Source: a virus
Lineage: Duplodnaviria > Heunggongvirae > Uroviricota > Caudoviricetes
Strand: one strand, 5' to 3'
Virus record (IMG/VR): IMGVR_UViG_3300030000_000409
Location: 10,284-74,283 of that record
DNA length: 64,000 nucleotides
Below the pieces are notes generated by a model that was not told the DNA's origin, did no database searches, and saw only the letters and a list, made by a program, of their open reading frames with translations. Below, piece after piece: positions 27,400-36,753 of this stretch (the stretch's first letter is position 1; each line of letters starts with the position of its first letter). The translations under genes and the position numbers were made by a program.

Positions 27400-29367
27400 A
27401 TGAAACTACTAGCATTTGCAAATGCACAACATGAACTGAAAGAAGCTTCAGTCAAATCTGAGAATGTCCATCTTGCAATGGACAAAATGATTAAATTCAT
27501 TCAAAAGAAACTTGATGTGAAATTATTAAAGGTACCAGGTGTAGAACATTTTAACAATTCCAGCGACCACGGTTATGGAGTACGTTACATTTTCTCTGGT
27601 TCAACAAAATGTTTAAGATTTAATTGGGCATCTGATGGTCAAGCTGGAAAGTCAAATGAAATTGTGTCAGTTGATATTTTCAATGGAAAAACTTCACACC
27701 CAAATTTCAATGTACATTGTAAAGGAATTTCCTTTGTAAGAGCCCTGCCTGTTATTATTGACATAATTGGTTCACCTTCTTTAGGAAAAGTAACTGCTTT
27801 CCCTGTTAATCCAACTGAAGCAATTTCAGAATCTTTTCTGATTGAAGTCGCACGTGATGCTTTTACTGCTGAACGTGCACTAACTGACTTCCTAAAAAGA
27901 TTAGGAGCAGGTAACGCATTGACGAGATCAGATTTTATCGGATCATATCACATTGTTAATGTTGGTATTTTCGATACCATCATGCGCGATTTCAAAGATT
28001 CTTTTAGTATCTCAGGCAAACGCGTATCAATAAAAGTAGGTTCAAATTTGGGTGATCTGAAAGAATCAATCCTTTCAAAGTCGGGATCTGTAATTGTAAC
28101 CGCTGGTGGTACAGATGAAAATTATTTGAAGACTCCTCAAGAAGATGAACTTGCTGAGGAAGAAGGAAGTGACCACGTTCCATATAGTGATGCATTAGAA
28201 CATCTTGAAGGTCTAGTTACTGGTACTATCAAGGGAGCATTCAATGCTTTGTTTGTTGCTGGTAAAGGTGGATGTTTTTCAGGTGACACAAAGATCAACA
28301 TTGTTGTGAATGATTTAGTTCATACTGTTACGTTTTTTGAAATTGAACAAAGGGTAAAACAGTCATATGGTTTAGCTAGCCTTTTGTTGAATGAGTTTTA
28401 TAAGATGGATGACGTAAAAGTTGAGACTCCAACCGGTTATTTGGACGTTTTGAGCTTTGTTAAGAAATCTGGTACAAAAGCTGTTGTGACTTTTCAATCT
28501 GGAATAGTTCATGAATGTCTTTCCAACCATCTTTATATCAATACCTCCGGTCATGCTGTTGCTGTCTATAATTTATATCCTGGTTCTCCAATAAGAATGA
28601 GGGATGGTACGTTAGATTTTATTAAATCAGTTGCGTTGACTGATGAACCAATGTTAGCATTCGATTTATCTGTTAGCGGTATCGATAGCATTTATGTTAC
28701 GACTGATGGTATTCAATCTCACAACACTGGTAAAACAACCATTGTTGAAAAGGTTTTACATTCACATGGATTGACAGATGGAAACGGTTATTACAAAAAT
28801 ACTGGTTCAGCGTCCGCAATCGGGATTTATCAATCTCTTTACAAAAATAGAAACAGCATTATTCTATTCGATGATTGTGATGGAGCACTATCTGATACAG
28901 ATGCACGCAATCTTATTAAAGCAGCAACTGACACAAAGAAGAATAGAAAAATCGTATGGAATAAAAGAACATCTGGTAGCTATGACCCAAATGACATGAA
29001 TGCTGCTTTGTATGCTGAAGATCCAGATAGATTTCCTACACACTTTGAATTTACTGGTCGTGTTATTTTTATTTCTAACTTACCACTTTCAAAATTGGAT
29101 CCAGATGGTGCTATTAGAACACGTGCCTTCGTGATTAACATCAACCCAACTGATGATGAAATGTACGAACACATGGAAAAAATTCTTCATAACATCCGTC
29201 TTGAAGAAGGTCTTTCTCTATCAAAAGACGAAAGAGAAAACGTGTTTAAGGTTGTCAAAACATCCAAGCGTAAGGGTGATGTATCAATTAGAAAATTGGT
29301 TAGAGCTTTAAATCTAGCAGCAACACACGCACCAGGTTGGGAAAAACTTGTGGACCTGTACGCCTGA
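27400..29367 (+). CDS. SF3/AAA-like P-loop NTPase (655 aa precursor) interrupted by a mini-intein in its Walker A loop
   Basis: After intein removal the Walker A reads VAGKGG|TGKTTIVEKV (GxxGxGKT). Walker B RNSIILFDDCDGAL and motif C-like VIFISNLP. Paralogous to 36796..37764. Confidence 0.65.
   Translation: MKLLAFANAQHELKEASVKSENVHLAMDKMIKFIQKKLDVKLLKVPGVEHFNNSSDHGYGVRYIFSGSTKCLRFNWASDGQAGKSNEIVSVDIFNGKTSHPNFNVHCKGISFVRALPVIIDIIGSPSLGKVTAFPVNPTEAISESFLIEVARDAFTAERALTDFLKRLGAGNALTRSDFIGSYHIVNVGIFDTIMRDFKDSFSISGKRVSIKVGSNLGDLKESILSKSGSVIVTAGGTDENYLKTPQEDELAEEEGSDHVPYSDALEHLEGLVTGTIKGAFNALFVAGKGGCFSGDTKINIVVNDLVHTVTFFEIEQRVKQSYGLASLLLNEFYKMDDVKVETPTGYLDVLSFVKKSGTKAVVTFQSGIVHECLSNHLYINTSGHAVAVYNLYPGSPIRMRDGTLDFIKSVALTDEPMLAFDLSVSGIDSIYVTTDGIQSHNTGKTTIVEKVLHSHGLTDGNGYYKNTGSASAIGIYQSLYKNRNSIILFDDCDGALSDTDARNLIKAATDTKKNRKIVWNKRTSGSYDPNDMNAALYAEDPDRFPTHFEFTGRVIFISNLPLSKLDPDGAIRTRAFVININPTDDEMYEHMEKILHNIRLEEGLSLSKDERENVFKVVKTSKRKGDVSIRKLVRALNLAATHAPGWEKLVDLYA
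28273..28725 (+). mobile_element. mini-intein (151 aa, no endonuclease domain) inserted in the P-loop
   Basis: Begins CFSGDTKI (block A C-x-x-D-T-x-I) and ends ...TDGIQSHN, followed by the +1 Thr. Excising it restores a perfect Walker A, GKGGTGKTT. The intein-free paralog reads GEGGLGKTF at the same position. Confidence 0.7.
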
Positions 29368-29388
29368 TGGAATAAATCAGCACTTTCT

Positions 29389-29396
29389 TATAAATA
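29389..29396 (+). promoter_or_regulatory. T4-type late promoter TATAAATA
   Basis: Exact TATAAATA ~29 nt upstream of the Seg-like endonuclease ATG. Confidence 0.4.
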
Positions 29397-29424
29397 CTCC
29401 TATCTAAATAATAGGAGTATTTTT

Positions 29425-30279
29425 ATGTCTGAAAATAGAAGAGCATCCCAAAGAACATATCACATTATCTATAGAACTACATGTGATATTACGGGTAAAT
29501 GGTATATTGGGATGCACAGCACTGATAAACTTGATGATGGATATTTAGGTTCCGGAATGCACTTATGGAGATCAATTGATAAGTATGGTAAAGATCACCA
29601 TAGAGTTGAAATAATAGAATATCTTTCTGATAGAAAATCTTTATCAGAAAGAGAAAGAGAACTTCTAAAAGAAGCAAAAAAAGATCCACTATGTATGAAT
29701 ATTGCTTGGGGAGGTGAAGGATATTATGATCGTCCTCCTACAACCGAAGAAACTGCTGCTAAACTTTCTAAAGCATCTAAGAATTATGTTCGTACAAAAG
29801 AATGGTATGAAAAAGCTGTTGCTACTAGAATGGCAAATGACGGTTATAATGTTACAAGTGAGACAAAAGAAAAGATTAGAACTGCTCTTACTGGAAAAAC
29901 TCTTACAGAAGAACATAAGCAAAAAATTTCTATTGGTGGTACTGGACAAAAGAGAACAGAAGAAACTTGTAAGAATATTTCCAAAGCTCTTAAGGGAAAA
30001 AAGTTCAAATCTGGATTGGATAGAAAACCAGTATCTAAAGAAACACGAGAAAACACAAGTAAAATTCGTATGGGGCAAAAGCTAACAGAAGAGCAACGTC
30101 AACAGCGGGCATTGAATAAATTGAAACGTATTGAGCTCGGTATTCAAAAAGCAAATGTGCGTCCAACTAAAAAGTGTACGGTTGATGGTATCAAAATTTA
30201 TGCATCTGTTAGAGAGATGGTGAAGGAACTTGGCTCAGGTAAAAATGGAACACATTCTCCTTCATTTAGATTTATTTAG
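29425..30279 (+). CDS. GIY-YIG homing endonuclease (Seg-like) with NUMOD3-type DNA-binding repeats
   Basis: YHIIYRTTCDITGKWYIGMHST...GYLGSG is a GIY-YIG core. Downstream are repeated ..TEE.K.KIS.ALKGK.. modules (NUMOD3-like). Confidence 0.7.
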   Translation: MSENRRASQRTYHIIYRTTCDITGKWYIGMHSTDKLDDGYLGSGMHLWRSIDKYGKDHHRVEIIEYLSDRKSLSERERELLKEAKKDPLCMNIAWGGEGYYDRPPTTEETAAKLSKASKNYVRTKEWYEKAVATRMANDGYNVTSETKEKIRTALTGKTLTEEHKQKISIGGTGQKRTEETCKNISKALKGKKFKSGLDRKPVSKETRENTSKIRMGQKLTEEQRQQRALNKLKRIELGIQKANVRPTKKCTVDGIKIYASVREMVKELGSGKNGTHSPSFRFI

Positions 30280-30299
30280 TTTATGATAAATTTGTGTCG

Positions 30300-30308
30300 T
30301 GATATAAT
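30300..30308 (+). promoter_or_regulatory. early promoter, extended -10 (TGaTATAAT)
   Basis: tgaTATAAT, 7 nt upstream of the ORF at 30315. Confidence 0.45.
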
Positions 30309-31103
30309 TATTTCATGAAATTTTTCACTTCACTAATTAATAAAATGTTTGTTAAAAAAGATGCAGAACGCGAATTTGTTCTAGACCCGGTGACGTCTAG
30401 TGATAGAGCTTTTATTTCCAAGCATATACCCCAAAATAATGCAGATATAACTTGGTCTGGAATGCAAGATGAGAAATACGTTCTACCAACTAATGTCACT
30501 GCATATTATGGAAAAGGTCGAATAAACTTTTTCAAACATAAAGGGCAATTAACTGCTGATGTTGGTTTTTATAACTCAAGTTATGATGCACAACATCCTC
30601 ATATATCTCCAATCACAATCTTTGAAGAGAAAATTTCTACTGATGAAGATATGATTAAACTTAAGGAGATGATAGCATGAGTGAAATAGACACAACGTGG
30701 CATGGTAGCAAACAAGATTTGAATTGGTATGAGCTTTACAAAAGCAATTCAGTAAAAGTAAAAACTAAAAATCATTCTGGTATTGGTGGTCAACCACGTG
30801 GAACATACACCATTAGAAGTATGAAGAAGGTAAGTCCATCTAAAGCAGATTTCACAATTAATTTTGATGGTGGACAGGTAACAGCATCAGTTGATTTAGA
30901 CAATCCCCAAATGGTAGTTGATAAAAAATATGACACTGTGCTTGCGTTCAAATTCTACAGTGGAGATATGCCAATCACAGCGCGTCAAGCATTCAATCTT
31001 TTTCAGATTAGATCAACAAAAGATTTGATTAAGCATAATGTCAGTGTATAATCACTCTATCTTAAATTATTAAGATTTTTATTTTGAAAAGGAGTTAGAA
31101 TTA

Positions 31104-31385
31104 ATGTTTCTTTTAGTAATCTTGGAAGTGTTTCTGGTTATCGGTGTCGTTCTGATACTGTTAACTCAGATCATTATGCCAATGCTATTTGGCACACGAT
31201 TGTTTCCATTGTTCAGGAATTCTGAACTGAAAAAGAAGGTCGAGGAAACACGACATCAAGTTGAAGACTTGAAAGACCAAAATGAACAACTTGATGTTCT
31301 CTCTGGTCTACTTGCAGAGCGCAAGGCTCTCGAGGAACAAATTGCAAAAATCGAAAATCAATCAACTGAAAATGGAGTTAAATAA
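31104..31385 (+). CDS. small membrane protein with coiled-coil tail
   Basis: N-terminal TM MFLLVILEVFLVIGVVLILL followed by an acidic coiled-coil; precedes the SPFH gene. Confidence 0.35.
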   Translation: MFLLVILEVFLVIGVVLILLTQIIMPMLFGTRLFPLFRNSELKKKVEETRHQVEDLKDQNEQLDVLSGLLAERKALEEQIAKIENQSTENGVK

Positions 31386-32623
31386 TGATCGCAAATAAGA
31401 AGTTTGTTTTGGGTGCTATTGCTGCCGCTGCTACTGTTGTCACCTTGGTGCTTTCACCGATGCTTGTTGAAAACGTTGATGCCGGTAACATCACTGTTAT
31501 TCAATCCCCGGTTTCTGGTGACTTGACTGTTTACTTTGATGGTGGTTGGAAGTGGCAAGGTTTTGGTAAGGTAACGACTTATCCTCGTCGTGATATTTTT
31601 GATTTCAGCATCAAGAAAGCCGAGGGTGCCGATAAAGCTGTTCCAGGTGATGAATCTGACAAGTCTATCCCAACTCGTTTTAATGATGGTGGTAATGGTA
31701 GCATCTCTGGTACCATGAACTGGCAAATGCCTTTGAAGGCTGATAGTGTTATTGCTTTGCACAAGGATTTCGGTTCTGTAGCAGCAATTGAACAGCAATT
31801 GATTCGTACTGCTATGCAGAAAGTTGTTTACAACGTTGGTCCAACAATGTCGTCTACCGAATCTTCTGCTGAAAAACGTCCAGAAATTCCAAAGTATGTT
31901 GATGACCAATTGATTCATGGTCCCTACTTGACGAAGACTGTTCAAATGATTCAACAAGACCCCGTGACTGGAAAAGATAAGCAAGTTGCAGTAGTGCAAA
32001 TTGCTATGAGTGACAATGGTCAACCACTCCGTGAATCCAAATCTCAGATTACTGAGTATGGCATCATGCTTCAACCAGTGTCTATCAATCAAATCCGATA
32101 CAACAAGATTGTTGAAGATCAAATTGCTCAACGCCAAATTGCAACAACCCAAGTTCAAATTTCTATTGCGAATGCTCGAAAAGCTGAACAAGAAGCAATC
32201 ACTACTGAGCAACAAGGTAAGGCAAATGCTGCAAAAGCTAAGTGGGAACAAGAAGTTGAAAATGCTAAGACCATCGCTGATGCACAAGCAAAGATCATTA
32301 TTGCTGATGCTAACGTAAAGGAAGCCGAAGCATTCAAGAAGTCTGAAACTCTCCGCGGTGAAGGTGAAGCTGCTCGTAAGCGGTTGGTTATGGAAGCCGA
32401 CGGTCAATTGGACAAGAAGCTTGAAGCTATTGTGAAGATCAACTCGCTTTATGCTGATGCAATCAAGTCTGCTCAACCCGGCGCATGGAGTCCTTCTGTT
32501 GTTATGGGTGGTTCTTCTGGTACAAATGGTGGTCAAAATGCTTCAACTTTGGTTGATCTCATGACTGCTAAAACTGCCAAGGAAATTGGATTGGATCTTT
32601 CTGTCCGCACAGGTAAGAAGTAA
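31385..32623 (+). CDS. SPFH/band-7 (prohibitin/HflK-stomatin-like) membrane protein
   Basis: N-terminal TM helix, then an SPFH-like core (NITVIQSP...LTVYFDGGW...) and a long Ala/Glu/Lys/Gln-rich coiled-coil (KAEQEAITTEQQGKANAAKAKWEQEVENAK...). Confidence 0.5.
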   Translation: MIANKKFVLGAIAAAATVVTLVLSPMLVENVDAGNITVIQSPVSGDLTVYFDGGWKWQGFGKVTTYPRRDIFDFSIKKAEGADKAVPGDESDKSIPTRFNDGGNGSISGTMNWQMPLKADSVIALHKDFGSVAAIEQQLIRTAMQKVVYNVGPTMSSTESSAEKRPEIPKYVDDQLIHGPYLTKTVQMIQQDPVTGKDKQVAVVQIAMSDNGQPLRESKSQITEYGIMLQPVSINQIRYNKIVEDQIAQRQIATTQVQISIANARKAEQEAITTEQQGKANAAKAKWEQEVENAKTIADAQAKIIIADANVKEAEAFKKSETLRGEGEAARKRLVMEADGQLDKKLEAIVKINSLYADAIKSAQPGAWSPSVVMGGSSGTNGGQNASTLVDLMTAKTAKEIGLDLSVRTGKK

Positions 32624-32642
32624 TTCTTAACTAACTAAAAAG

Positions 32643-32672
32643 AGAGGAGTACAATTTTGTACTCCTCTTGTT
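32643..32672 (+). terminator. hairpin terminator after the SPFH gene
   Basis: AGAGGAGTACA-ATTT-TGTACTCCTCT, an 11-bp stem. Confidence 0.45.
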
Positions 32673-32688
32673 GCATAAGGAGATAATT

Positions 32689-33675
32689 ATGGGTGGTTGG
32701 TCAAACGTCATAACACAAAGTTCAAAAATCCTACCAAGTGATATTCCTTTGGTCGTGGATGTACTTAAGACATTTGAAAATGAGTTCAATGAATTTATTG
32801 ATAGGGATCATCATCAACCTATCAAGTTTGGAAATGTTGTAGGTTCAACAGCGTATTTTGAGAGGGATTTAATAGAAAATCCAACAAAGGAATACGGCGA
32901 CATTGATGTCATTTTTGTTATTCCTAGAATGTGGCAAATGACTGAGAGTGCAAACACCACATTATATAGGCAGCTAATTGAAAACTTTATTCATACCACC
33001 ACCCCAATTTATTTGTTAGCAGATGATACAGTAAATGGTGCAAATATAATTTTCATCATTAACGGGAAATTTATCCAAATAGATTTCATCACTACATTTC
33101 CAGAATATGAGAAATGGGCGACCTTTAGGATGACTCCAGAATACGGTCTTAAAGGTATATTCATGGGATTCCTTTTTGCGTCTTTGGCTGAAGTTCTCTA
33201 TTTGAGTATTGGAACATCAGGGATCCAAGCTAAATTTGCTGAAGGAAAATTGATTCCATTTAAGAAGAGAAAATTTGATACCACAGAACATGTCACCAGT
33301 TCTATTGAATATTTTGCTGTTGATATTGTTACTTTTTTCTCTTATCTCAAAAATATAAACCCAAATGTGTGCACAGAGTTATTGGATAATCCCAACATGC
33401 ACGAAATATCTTTTAAGAATTTGGTATCTATGATCATTGGTATTGGAAAATCCTTAGAGCTAAATGGTTTATTTGGTGTTGGTAATCTAAGCCATATTAA
33501 AAACCATGATGACTACATCACACAAATTGTTTCTGTGTTTAATAGAAAGGCTGATGAATCTGCAAATGCTTCTAAGTTCAACAAAGCATCAACAGAAGAA
33601 GCAATCAACAAAGCAAATGCAACTAAGAAACTAATTACTGAGAAATCAAAAGAATTAGTGAAATTACTGGCATAA
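32689..33675 (+). CDS. Pol-beta-superfamily nucleotidyltransferase-fold protein, unknown specificity
   Basis: GNVVGSTAYFERDLIENPTKEYGDIDVIFVIP (GS...h[DE]h[DE]h). ATG at 32689 with AAGGAG RBS; the ORF track's upstream TTG is less likely. Confidence 0.4.
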   Translation: MGGWSNVITQSSKILPSDIPLVVDVLKTFENEFNEFIDRDHHQPIKFGNVVGSTAYFERDLIENPTKEYGDIDVIFVIPRMWQMTESANTTLYRQLIENFIHTTTPIYLLADDTVNGANIIFIINGKFIQIDFITTFPEYEKWATFRMTPEYGLKGIFMGFLFASLAEVLYLSIGTSGIQAKFAEGKLIPFKKRKFDTTEHVTSSIEYFAVDIVTFFSYLKNINPNVCTELLDNPNMHEISFKNLVSMIIGIGKSLELNGLFGVGNLSHIKNHDDYITQIVSVFNRKADESANASKFNKASTEEAINKANATKKLITEKSKELVKLLA

Positions 33676-33687
33676 TCATAGATTCTA

Positions 33688-33696
33688 TGATATAAT
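33688..33696 (+). promoter_or_regulatory. early promoter, extended -10
   Basis: tgaTATAAT upstream of a 52-aa basic ORF (33731..33889). Confidence 0.4.
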
Positions 33697-33920
33697 TACT
33701 TTATCGATTAATCAACCTGGAGTATTTAAAATGGCATCAGCATTTGTTTCCCGTTCACCAGCCCCTCAATCCAAAGAACAAAAGAAGATTTCTTCTTTGG
33801 CTCAACGCCCAAGCAAAGCAGCAAATGAACGTGCTAAATCCGGTAAATGTGTTGTTCTTTATCGCAAACCAGATATGGTTCCTGCATAATGAAAATAACC
33901 TGGTAAATTAATGAGATTCA

Positions 33921-33929
33921 TGATATAAT
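33921..33929 (+). promoter_or_regulatory. early promoter, extended -10
   Basis: tgaTATAAT 5 nt before the ATG at 33935, so this would be a leaderless or very short-leader transcript. Confidence 0.4.
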
Positions 33930-33934
33930 ACATC

Positions 33935-34264
33935 ATGAATCAAATTATCAAAAAACGCAAACGTCGCTCAGATAGGCTTCATATTTTATATATGCTGCAA
34001 AATCTGGTGACGTTAGAGTCGTATGTTGGTGTTGCAGTATGCATAGACCGATCTGGTAAAGAGACTTTAGCTGCTAGATGGTCAAGGCATGTAGGACGAG
34101 CATTTAACCAAGACAAGAGCTGGAAACTTTGTGAGTCTATAAGGAACTACGGGCCAGAAGTATTTCACAAAGAGATCATTACTTTTGTCAGAGGAAAAGA
34201 AGCTGCATTTGCTCTTGAGACAGAAATTCGCAAACTTGATAAACCGGAACTGAACACACTATGA
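33935..34264 (+). CDS. small GIY-YIG-domain protein
   Basis: RLHILYMLQNLVTLESYVGVA...RWSRHVGRAFN...E follows the GIY-x10-YIG ... R..H ... N pattern. Confidence 0.45.
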   Translation: MNQIIKKRKRRSDRLHILYMLQNLVTLESYVGVAVCIDRSGKETLAARWSRHVGRAFNQDKSWKLCESIRNYGPEVFHKEIITFVRGKEAAFALETEIRKLDKPELNTL

Positions 34265-34465
34265 ATGATCTAAACCACATCCCAGTAAAAATGCATCAAG
34301 ATGTTATTGCTGTTTATTGGCAGATGCTTCGTGAATGTGAAAATAAAGCCCATGATGGAAATGATCCAATTCTTAAACACATGGTTGAATGCTGGTATCA
34401 TCAGTGGAATGAATTTGCACAAGACAACAAAAAGCCAGTTTGGGTTGAAAAATATCTGTAACCTG

Positions 34466-34474
34466 TGATATAAT
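34466..34474 (+). promoter_or_regulatory. early promoter, extended -10
   Basis: tgtgaTATAAT upstream of 34504. Confidence 0.45.
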
Positions 34475-34503
34475 ATCTTCTATCAAATGATAGAAAGATT
34501 GTT

Positions 34504-35144
34504 ATGAAACCAAGAGCCATTTTGAAACAAGACGTTCTTCCCGGTTTTACTCTTTTTACCCCAACTAAAGGGTATGAGAGAATCAAAACGATGTCTGTTG
34601 AAGAAGGTATCTATTTCATTAAACATTATGACAGTACCAAATTAGTGTCTCTTGAAGGACCAGATGGTAAACCTCTATTGATTAAAGATTTGATGGACCC
34701 ACAGGCCGGTCGAATTAAATTATTCAAACGTGGTAAAACAACCTGCATTGGTTGTGGAATCCAAGGGAATCATTTTATGTTGAGCGACACATAAATGATA
34801 AGCGTGACGTTTTCACTTTGAATCTGTATGGAATTAATTCATATGGTAAAGAAGTATTGATGACATGGGATCACATCATTCCAAAATCGCTTAATGGAAG
34901 CAACTCAGCTGAAAATGCGCAATGTATGTGTGCATCATGTAATTCAAGAAAAGGAAACGTTCTTGAACTGTCTGAGATTTTGAAGATTGTTGCTAACCCT
35001 AAAATATTGAAGATGTATTCTTGGAATGCAAATCCAATTGCTAGTCAGACTAGTATTTTGGATACAGTTACGAAAATGAAAAAGACCGTTGAAATTATCT
35101 CAACTCAAATTAGGAACAATGACAGATGCTTAATAAATCATTAA
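34504..35144 (+). pseudogene. HNH homing endonuclease split by an apparent frameshift (Cys-x2-Cys N-terminal part in frame 1, HNH core in frame 3)
   Basis: Frame 1 ends ...KTTCIGCGIQGNHFMLSDT* at 34796. Frame 3 (open from 34737, TTG at 34752) encodes WDHIIPKSLNGSNSAENAQCMCASCNSRKGN, an HNH motif. There is no canonical slippery heptamer at the junction. Confidence 0.5.
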
Positions 35145-36379
35145 AATGTTTTTCACAACTTTTTGTTGGTAGGAGATCATCTGGATCAGATGATGTTTTG
35201 GCTTTCGCTACACCATACGAAACCAATGCCCAAGGGTTGAAGCGACAAGAAACCGTAAAATCGTGGATGCGATGCTACGATGAAAACAGTGAACAATACA
35301 AGAAACGCGTTTCTATTGTTGACAATGTTCCACGTACTGGATTCAAGGTCACCGATGACATTAAAAGGGTCTATTGGGGCAGTGGCAATGTCGTGTTTCG
35401 GGTGATGGATCCAGATGGTTGGGAAATCGAAATTCAATCAAACAATCTCATGACATTGATAAGTGAAGTTGGTATCAATAAAGGTGGTGAAATTCCTGGT
35501 AAATGTATTTGGGTTAGAGATGGCGCATTGAATATTCTCCTTCACGAAAATAGTGAAGAGTTTAAAAACTTGATGATGAATGCTGAATCAATTTCAAATA
35601 TCAAGAAATCCGATAGGGTCATTGGCTCAACATATCGTCTTAAAAATGGGTATGTGGGACAATATTTGGGTGAATGTTGGGTACAGGCATTGAGTAATGA
35701 AGGTAGTGAAAAAGGTAATTACACTACCATTTTGCTTAATGGAAAAGAAAATGTGGCACTTAAGGAAGACCATCATTTTGTTCAGCAGAAATATGAAGCT
35801 ATTTTCTTCGCTGATGAAAATGCTATCAGGTTTTATAAAACAGCCAACGTTATTGAACGCCTAGATGAAAAGGTAATTGATAAAGAAGATGCAATTTCAT
35901 TCATCAATAGCATCTACACTAAAAAATATGCTGTTACTAATTACAATCACACGATCTTACGTGCTGTTCAATGTAAGATTGATAATCCTGTTATTTCATT
36001 ATGTGATGTTACAGATGACGATGTTAAACAACTTAGCAAGAAAGTAACTGAATCATTTAAATTCCGCAAATCATTGTTTTATTTTCTACGAGGTGCTGAT
36101 GTAGTTAAAGTACATGATAATGGAGAATATAGTTGGGGCGCACAATATGGACATCAGAATTTACTGTGTAATACCCCAGCTATCATCACTGAAAAACATA
36201 TCACTTCAATGCACATCGATGAATGGTATTCAGCACGCAGCTCTGGAATTAAGGATAATCAACGTCATAATGCTACTATCATTGAGAGTTATGAAAATGT
36301 CAAACAGGCTCAAGAAGCATTCTTAGAATTGGTCATCAACAAAAAGCTGAAAATAATTAAAGTGGTGGAGAAACAATGA
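35126..36379 (+). CDS. hypothetical protein (417 aa), no recognisable motifs
   Basis: Long ORF; its stop overlaps the start of the downstream AbrB-like gene (ATGA). Confidence 0.4.
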   Translation: MLNKSLKCFSQLFVGRRSSGSDDVLAFATPYETNAQGLKRQETVKSWMRCYDENSEQYKKRVSIVDNVPRTGFKVTDDIKRVYWGSGNVVFRVMDPDGWEIEIQSNNLMTLISEVGINKGGEIPGKCIWVRDGALNILLHENSEEFKNLMMNAESISNIKKSDRVIGSTYRLKNGYVGQYLGECWVQALSNEGSEKGNYTTILLNGKENVALKEDHHFVQQKYEAIFFADENAIRFYKTANVIERLDEKVIDKEDAISFINSIYTKKYAVTNYNHTILRAVQCKIDNPVISLCDVTDDDVKQLSKKVTESFKFRKSLFYFLRGADVVKVHDNGEYSWGAQYGHQNLLCNTPAIITEKHITSMHIDEWYSARSSGIKDNQRHNATIIESYENVKQAQEAFLELVINKKLKIIKVVEKQ

Positions 36380-36738
36380 GTACCTTTACTGTCGAATTAG
36401 AAGTTAATGACAATGGCGATTTCATATTGCCTATTCCACAAGAGATTATCGAGAAACTAAACCTTAAGGTTGGTGATTCCATTTATTGGGAACACACTGA
36501 TAATGGAATTGCTCTTAACAAATGTAAAGGCAAATCCAAGGAATATCAATGTGTCTATCTTGACTCCAGGTACACCCTCTGGCATGATGAACATGAACCT
36601 ATTCTGTTCGAGACTGATGATCTCTCAGAGGCAATCGGTTATGTCTATGAACGATTTATGAAAGAACATAAAAGTATAGCAGTCTGGCAGCCATCGGCAA
36701 AACACTACAGAGAACATTATTTTACTGAAATACCCTGA
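36376..36738 (+). CDS. AbrB/MazE/SpoVT-type swapped-hairpin domain protein with C-terminal extension
   Basis: FILPIPQEIIEKLNLKVGDSIYWEHTDNGIAL matches the ..IPKEIREKLGIKEGD.L....E.G.I.L pattern of AbrB/MazE-family DNA-binding domains. Confidence 0.45.
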   Translation: MSTFTVELEVNDNGDFILPIPQEIIEKLNLKVGDSIYWEHTDNGIALNKCKGKSKEYQCVYLDSRYTLWHDEHEPILFETDDLSEAIGYVYERFMKEHKSIAVWQPSAKHYREHYFTEIP

Positions 36739-36753
36739 TTACTCGAAAAGCTG

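Noticed and set aside
29689-30085. ORFs on both strands overlapping the Seg-like endonuclease
   Set aside because: They arise from the Lys/Glu-rich NUMOD repeat region and are low-complexity products without independent signals.
31454-32536. 360-aa minus-strand ORF antisense to the SPFH gene
   Set aside because: It is low-complexity, Leu/Ser/Asn-rich and starts with a non-canonical codon. The sense-strand SPFH gene has a TM helix and coiled-coil architecture and proper coupling to its neighbours.
34737-34800. Programmed -1 ribosomal frameshift joining the two halves of the HNH endonuclease
   Set aside because: There is no X XXY YYZ slippery heptamer or obvious downstream pseudoknot at the overlap. 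A pseudogene or sequencing indel is the more economical explanation.
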